Source of the DNA: Rhodospirillales bacterium
Lineage (GTDB): Bacteria; Pseudomonadota; Alphaproteobacteria; Rhodospirillales; Casp-alpha2
NCBI GenBank assembly: GCA_965222395.1
Contig: OZ244947.1
Span: 3,661,452 to 3,725,451, forward strand
DNA length: 64,000 nucleotides
Reading direction: 5' to 3'
Both the position numbers and the translations under genes were made by a program. Under the pieces are notes generated by a model. It made no database searches and had not been told where the DNA came from. It saw nothing but the letters and a program-made list of their open reading frames with translations. Positions 59,743 through 64,000 of the stretch are shown here, in pieces (position 1 is the stretch's first letter; each line of letters opens with the position of its first letter).

Positions 59743-60483
59743 TCAGCGTTTCTTGTCGCCGGCGTAGGGCTCGTGCAAAAACGTTTCCGTGGCCGCTAGG
59801 GCTTCCGGCGTTCCGATATGAAACCATTCACCGTCGTGGATGACCCCATAGAGACGTTCCGTGTCCATAGCCTGGTCGTAGACAACGTTCAGCGAGAACT
59901 TTCCGTCGGGCATATTGTCGAACGCACTGAGTTGCATGATTTGAATGCCGGCGAAAAGCCATGGGCAGACCTCTCCCTCGGGTCTTCTGGACAGCCTTCC
60001 GTCTGCATCGGCATTGAAATCGCCGATCCCGTCGTAACCATGCCCTTCGACCGTTGAATGCAACATTAACAAAGCATCCATTTTCGTCGCGTCCCATTGT
60101 CGTGCCAGACGGTGAAGCGCATCTTCATATCCGTTCAGCCAAAACGCATCAGAATTCACAACATAGAATGCATCGGTGCCCAGTTCGGTCATAGCGTTCT
60201 TTACGCCGCCGCCGGTCTCTAGGATGTCGGGCTCGTCGATAAGCGTGATGTCGAGCCGTTCTTCCGTCGACAAATAGTCGCGGATTTGTTCACCGAGATA
60301 GTGCAAATTGACCACGGCCCGTTTTACGCCGGCGGCAGCAAGGCGATCCATGACGTGGCCGATCAACGGTTTGCCGCACAAGTTTATCATTGGCTTGGGT
60401 TGCTGCTCGGTCAATGGCTGCATCCGTTTGCCATAGCCGGCGGCCAACACCATTGCGGTCGTGGGGACAAAGTCGGGGCCCAT
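59743..60483 (-). CDS. murU: Sugar-1-phosphate nucleotidyltransferase (MurU-like N-acetylmuramate-1-P uridylyltransferase)
   Basis: The N-terminal AMVLAAGYGKRMQPLT (GxGxR) nucleotidyltransferase motif is present. Its position between amgK-like and addB matches the alphaproteobacterial arrangement I remember. Confidence 0.7.
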   Translation of the reverse strand: MGPDFVPTTAMVLAAGYGKRMQPLTEQQPKPMINLCGKPLIGHVMDRLAAAGVKRAVVNLHYLGEQIRDYLSTEERLDITLIDEPDILETGGGVKNAMTELGTDAFYVVNSDAFWLNGYEDALHRLARQWDATKMDALLMLHSTVEGHGYDGIGDFNADADGRLSRRPEGEVCPWLFAGIQIMQLSAFDNMPDGKFSLNVVYDQAMDTERLYGVIHDGEWFHIGTPEALAATETFLHEPYAGDKKR

Positions 60484-60492
60484 GCGTGACTC

Positions 60493-61506
60493 CTATCCTT
60501 TAGTCGGTAGGCTCGGTTGAACGCGTTGTCCTACCGGCACGTATTCGTTCATCCATTCGGAAACAGGTTTCAATGCGGGGTGTGTGAGGCTCCGCTCCAA
60601 CAACCGCCAAACGCGCGGAATGTGTTCCAGATAACTGTGCTTATCGTCGCGGCGGCTAAGTCTCGTAAATATGCCGATGACTTTGGCGTGCCGTGCCGCG
60701 CCCAGGGCTGCGATATCTTGGCGGAATGTCTCTGGATCCAAGGACGCGTCGGCGGCAAGATAGCGGCTTATCATGCGATCATAGAGATCCGTGTCGATAT
60801 CGCGCCGCGCATCTTCCAATAGCGACATCACGTCGTAAGCACGTGGACCGACGACGGCGTCTTGGAAGTCGAGCAATCCACAACGCGCCGTCCCGGGTCG
60901 ATCCGGAAGCCACATCAAATTGTCGACGTGATAGTCGCGCAGCACGAGGGTTTCCCGGCGATCCGCGGCGGAGGATAGGGCGGTGCGCCACAGAGCCTCC
61001 CAATCGTCCAATATTTGCGTCGTCGTCGGCGCACCCGTCAGACTTGGAAGGTACCACTCGATGAACAAGCGCGCTTCCGCGAGCATCCTGTCCATATCGT
61101 ACACGGGGGTGCCGGCTGGCACATTGTCGGGCGATGCCAATTCGTGCAGCCGAACGAGAACGTCGACCGCCAATGCGTACATCATCTCTTCATCGCCGCC
61201 ATCGTGAAGGACGCGCGTGTAGGTATTATCGCCGAGATCTTCCAATAACAGGAATCCAAGTCTCTCATCTTCGGCGAGGACGCGTGGGGCACTGAAGCCC
61301 AGTTGCGTTAAGTATCGGGCAACCGTCGCAAAGGGTCGGACATCCTCTTGTGGCGGCGGCGCGTCCATCAGGACCGCGCCGCGCTCTTTCAAGCTGACGC
61401 GGTCATAGCGTCGAAACGACGCGTCGGCCGCAAGCGGCGACATGATGGCCCCGGCCCATCCCACGTCTCCGAGAAAAGACTTCGCGGCCGCGTCTCGTCT
61501 AGACAT
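60493..61506 (-). CDS. amgK: Aminoglycoside-phosphotransferase-fold kinase (AmgK-like anomeric MurNAc/GlcNAc kinase)
   Basis: ATG at 61506. It has an APH-fold catalytic loop (LVLRDYHVDNLMW) and a downstream GLLDFQDA block. Confidence 0.65.
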   Translation of the reverse strand: MSRRDAAAKSFLGDVGWAGAIMSPLAADASFRRYDRVSLKERGAVLMDAPPPQEDVRPFATVARYLTQLGFSAPRVLAEDERLGFLLLEDLGDNTYTRVLHDGGDEEMMYALAVDVLVRLHELASPDNVPAGTPVYDMDRMLAEARLFIEWYLPSLTGAPTTTQILDDWEALWRTALSSAADRRETLVLRDYHVDNLMWLPDRPGTARCGLLDFQDAVVGPRAYDVMSLLEDARRDIDTDLYDRMISRYLAADASLDPETFRQDIAALGAARHAKVIGIFTRLSRRDDKHSYLEHIPRVWRLLERSLTHPALKPVSEWMNEYVPVGQRVQPSLPTKG

Positions 61507-61993
61507 CCAACCCCCGCCAATCGCACGCCTCAAGCCGGGCGGCCCACATTTCATCCCCCACCAACGTCATGCGGCGCGATCCCTCGATTCTGTCGGACGA
61601 CATCGTCACGAGAAGCCGGCGCTTTGGCAAGTAGGGGCCGAGCTTTTCCGGCCATTCGATAAGGCTAATCGCATCGCTGAATGCATCGTCGATCCCCAAC
61701 TCCCATGCTTCTTCGGGGTCTTCCAGTCGATAAAGATCGAAATGATAGATTTCCGTGCCGCCGCGCGTGTACGTTTGTACCAATGTGAACGTGGGGCTCG
61801 GAACGTCTTCCGGCGGGCCGGGAAATGCATTGATCAAGGCCCGAGCCAGAGCCGTCTTTCCGCTTCCTAGATTTCCGGACAATGCCAAAATGTCCTTGGC
61901 GCGAAGATGGTGCGCAAGAATCTGCCCGACCGTTGCGGTATCGTCGAGATCGCGCAGTCGAAGATCAACCAATGGATTGGACGAAGGGAGCAT
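61499..61993 (-). CDS. tsaE: tRNA t6A37 biosynthesis ATPase TsaE
   Basis: It has the P-loop LSGNLGSGKTALARAL and the SPTFTLVQTY and HFDLYRL blocks typical of TsaE/YjeE. It overlaps the amgK-like start by 8 bp. Confidence 0.85.
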   Translation of the reverse strand: MLPSSNPLVDLRLRDLDDTATVGQILAHHLRAKDILALSGNLGSGKTALARALINAFPGPPEDVPSPTFTLVQTYTRGGTEIYHFDLYRLEDPEEAWELGIDDAFSDAISLIEWPEKLGPYLPKRRLLVTMSSDRIEGSRRMTLVGDEMWAARLEACDWRGLDV

Positions 61994-62095
61994 GACGGGG
62001 TTGTATCGTCCGCGTCCGTCGGCGACAACCCTTGAACGAACGAGGTCGGAGGACCATCCTTTAACCCTGCGTCGCGCACCTAATTTATGGGGTAA

Positions 62096-63139
62096 ATGAT
62101 TGTGACAGTACCGACCGATTCCGTCGTATTTTCAAGCGATGTCGCCGTTATCGGCGCTGGCCCGGTCGGTCTGTTTACCGTGTTCGAATGCGGCATGTTG
62201 GGAATGACCTGCCGTGTGGTCGATGCCTTGGAAGCGCCCGGTGGCCAGTGTGCTGCGCTTTATCCCGAGAAACCGATTTATGACATTCCGGCATATCCAA
62301 GGATTTCCGGCGGGGATCTCGTCCAGCAGCTGGAAAAGCAGATCGAGCCGTTCAATCCGCATTTTCACCTGAATCAGCAAGTGATCTCGTTGGACGGCGA
62401 AGCCGGTGCATTTAGCCTGCGGACATCCGAAAACGTTGTGATCGAGGCGAAAGTCGTCATCGTCGCCGCCGGTGTTGGCGCATTCGGCCCAAAACGGCCG
62501 CCGTTGGTTGGGATTGAAGAATTTGAGGCAGCGGGCCCCGGCAATGGCGTCAATTATATGGTTGGACGGACCAAGGATTTCGCCGGAAAGAAAGTCGTGA
62601 TCGCCGGCGGCGGCGACAGTGCTGTGGATTGGGCAAACGTGCTATCGGACTTGGCCGGTCATTTGTCGATTGTTCACCGCAGGGCGAAGTTCCGTGCCAT
62701 GCCGGAAAGCGTGCGGCAATTGCATGCCCGTGCCGAAGAGGGCTGCCTCGATTTGGTCACGCCGTACCAGTTATCGCGGCTAGAGGGCGAAAATGGCAAG
62801 TTGCAGGCCGTCATCGTCGCCGACCTGGATGGCAATGAGGTGCGTTTGGAAGCGGACGTGTTGCTGCCGTTCTACGGCCTGTCTCAGGATCTAGGGCCGA
62901 TCCGGTCCTGGAACCTTGGCGACACGCGCAATACGGTCCCGGTCGACCCGACGACGGCGCGCACCGATCGCGAGGGGGTGTATGCCGTCGGGGACATTGC
63001 CGATTATCCTGGTAAATTGAAGCTGATCCTGACGGGGTTTTCCGAGGCGGCGTTCGCGGCGCATCACGCGCATGGCATCGTTTTTCCCGACACGGCGCTG
63101 CATTTCGAGTATTCGACGACCAAAGGCGTCCCAGCCTGA
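62096..63139 (+). CDS. Thioredoxin-reductase-like ferredoxin-NADP(+) reductase
   Basis: It has the FAD motif VIGAGPVGLF, the NADP motif IAGGGDSAVDWA, the C-terminal GDIA block and the aromatic-rich tail HFEYSTT. It has no CxxC redox pair, so it is not a true TrxR. Confidence 0.85.
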   Translation: MIVTVPTDSVVFSSDVAVIGAGPVGLFTVFECGMLGMTCRVVDALEAPGGQCAALYPEKPIYDIPAYPRISGGDLVQQLEKQIEPFNPHFHLNQQVISLDGEAGAFSLRTSENVVIEAKVVIVAAGVGAFGPKRPPLVGIEEFEAAGPGNGVNYMVGRTKDFAGKKVVIAGGGDSAVDWANVLSDLAGHLSIVHRRAKFRAMPESVRQLHARAEEGCLDLVTPYQLSRLEGENGKLQAVIVADLDGNEVRLEADVLLPFYGLSQDLGPIRSWNLGDTRNTVPVDPTTARTDREGVYAVGDIADYPGKLKLILTGFSEAAFAAHHAHGIVFPDTALHFEYSTTKGVPA

Positions 63140-63193
63140 GCTTATTGATCTTCCGCAATGCATGATCGGACGGAGCGATTTAAGATCGTCGTT

Positions 63194-63886
63194 ATGACAC
63201 GCCGATTGCACACCCAATTATGGGCGATGGCTTTGGCACTGATGGCCGGGGCCGTTCTTGCAGGCGTCGGTCGAGCTGCTGATCTGACGCAAGGGAACTT
63301 TGAGCGGGGTAAGAAGGTTGCCCATCATTGTGTTCAATGCCACGGCGTTTCGGGGCGATCCAACACGCCGGGAATGCCGAATCTCGCCGGACAACAGGCT
63401 GATTATCTGGTGCAGCAACTCCAGCGGATGCGGGTGTCGGCCTGGGCGCAAAATGGGATCATCGAACCGGATCGATTGGGCGCCCATGGTTTGACCGGCG
63501 TCAAGCGTACCAATGCTCATATGGTCGATGTTCTGATGCGCATGTCCGATGTCGATATCGGCGATCTTGCAATTTATTTCGCGGCCCAGAACTGCGGCGT
63601 GCGTGGAACTGCACCGATATCACTTCCTGCATCGGCGAGACGCTGTGCCGCCTGTCACGGCGCGAACGGGATCAGTGATAATACGCATGTTCCCAGTCTT
63701 GCGGGACAAGATCGCGCTTATCTCGTCCGTCAGATCAATGCATTCAAAGTCGCGCACAAGGGCGTGCCGTCAGACGGCGCGACGGCCCGATCGGCGCGAA
63801 TCATGCAGTCGCAAGCCAAGTTGCTGAGCGATGCAGAGATCGGTACGGTTGCCACATATTATTCCGCTTTACCCTGCCGACCTTAA
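63194..63886 (+). CDS. Dihaem c-type cytochrome (cytochrome c4-like)
   Basis: ATG at 63194 opens a signal peptide ([20 protein letters not shown]). Two CxxCH motifs (CVQCHG and CAACHG) each have a downstream Met region. Confidence 0.8.
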   Translation: MTRRLHTQLWAMALALMAGAVLAGVGRAADLTQGNFERGKKVAHHCVQCHGVSGRSNTPGMPNLAGQQADYLVQQLQRMRVSAWAQNGIIEPDRLGAHGLTGVKRTNAHMVDVLMRMSDVDIGDLAIYFAAQNCGVRGTAPISLPASARRCAACHGANGISDNTHVPSLAGQDRAYLVRQINAFKVAHKGVPSDGATARSARIMQSQAKLLSDAEIGTVATYYSALPCRP

Positions 63887-63902
63887 ACCAAGAGGTTTTC
63901 TT

Positions 63903-64000
63903 ATGGATTTTGATATCGCCCGCGCGCGGGCTGATACGCCCGGCACTGAGAATGTTCTGCATTTCAATAACGCGGGTGCCGCATTGCCGCCAACAGCTGT
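63903..64000 (+). CDS. Class V aminotransferase-fold PLP enzyme (5' fragment, continues beyond the window)
   Basis: [32 protein letters not shown] is a typical N-terminus for cysteine desulfurase/epimerase-like class V enzymes. Only 32 codons are visible. Confidence 0.45.
   Translation, partial: MDFDIARARADTPGTENVLHFNNAGAALPPTA

Noticed and set aside
61998-62031. Hairpin GGGTTGT...ACAACCC in the tsaE / ferredoxin-NADP reductase divergent region
   Set aside because: It is a 7-bp stem with a 20-nt loop containing a CGTCCG direct repeat. It is too weak and unsupported to call a regulatory RNA, and probably just part of the divergent promoters.

Overview
This is a dense chromosomal segment of about 60% GC by eye, with alphaproteobacterial gene content and synteny: phaR plus phaA/phaB, AddAB rather than RecBCD, and a tsaE-amgK-murU-addB-addA-trxA block. 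I support about 62 protein-coding genes on both strands. I found no rRNA or tRNA genes, no CRISPR array, and no transposase, integrase or IS ends.

Main blocks, in order:
- plsC, a Sel1-repeat protein and an orphan TRAP binding protein.
- Class II ribonucleotide reductase nrdJ behind a 292-bp AT-rich leader.
- VOC, ChaC, DMT transporter, DUF2125, S1 protease and DUF350 genes.
- An aromatic amino-acid string, chorismate mutase-hisC-tyrC, joined by ATGA overlaps.
- Five queuosine genes (queC, queG, queF, tgt, queA) scattered over 16.5 kb.
- A PHB locus: phaR, a small ORF, a short phaC-like gene, phaA and phaB.
- GSTs, DJ-1/LysR and DMT transporters.
- A roughly 15-kb peptide/amide uptake and hydrolysis island: IclR, CoA-transferase, 2 x M81/MlrC-like, Dpp-type ABC importer, 2 x M20 and an amidase.
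- A MarR-OmpR-histidine kinase trio, then ilvE, an FNT channel, DUF1810 and gloB.
- The AddAB block, a TrxR-like ferredoxin-NADP reductase, a dihaem cytochrome c, and the 5' end of a class V aminotransferase.

Most of the window is ordinary housekeeping. I did not find a convincing defence, toxin or mobile system. The items most worth a second look are:
1. The uncharacterised peptide/amide island.
2. Its CoA-transferase, whose domain order looks rearranged.
3. A coding-frame switch or long overlap at the 5' end of the phaC-like gene, next to a C5 run.

All functional calls rest on motif recognition and remembered family knowledge. No database search was run.
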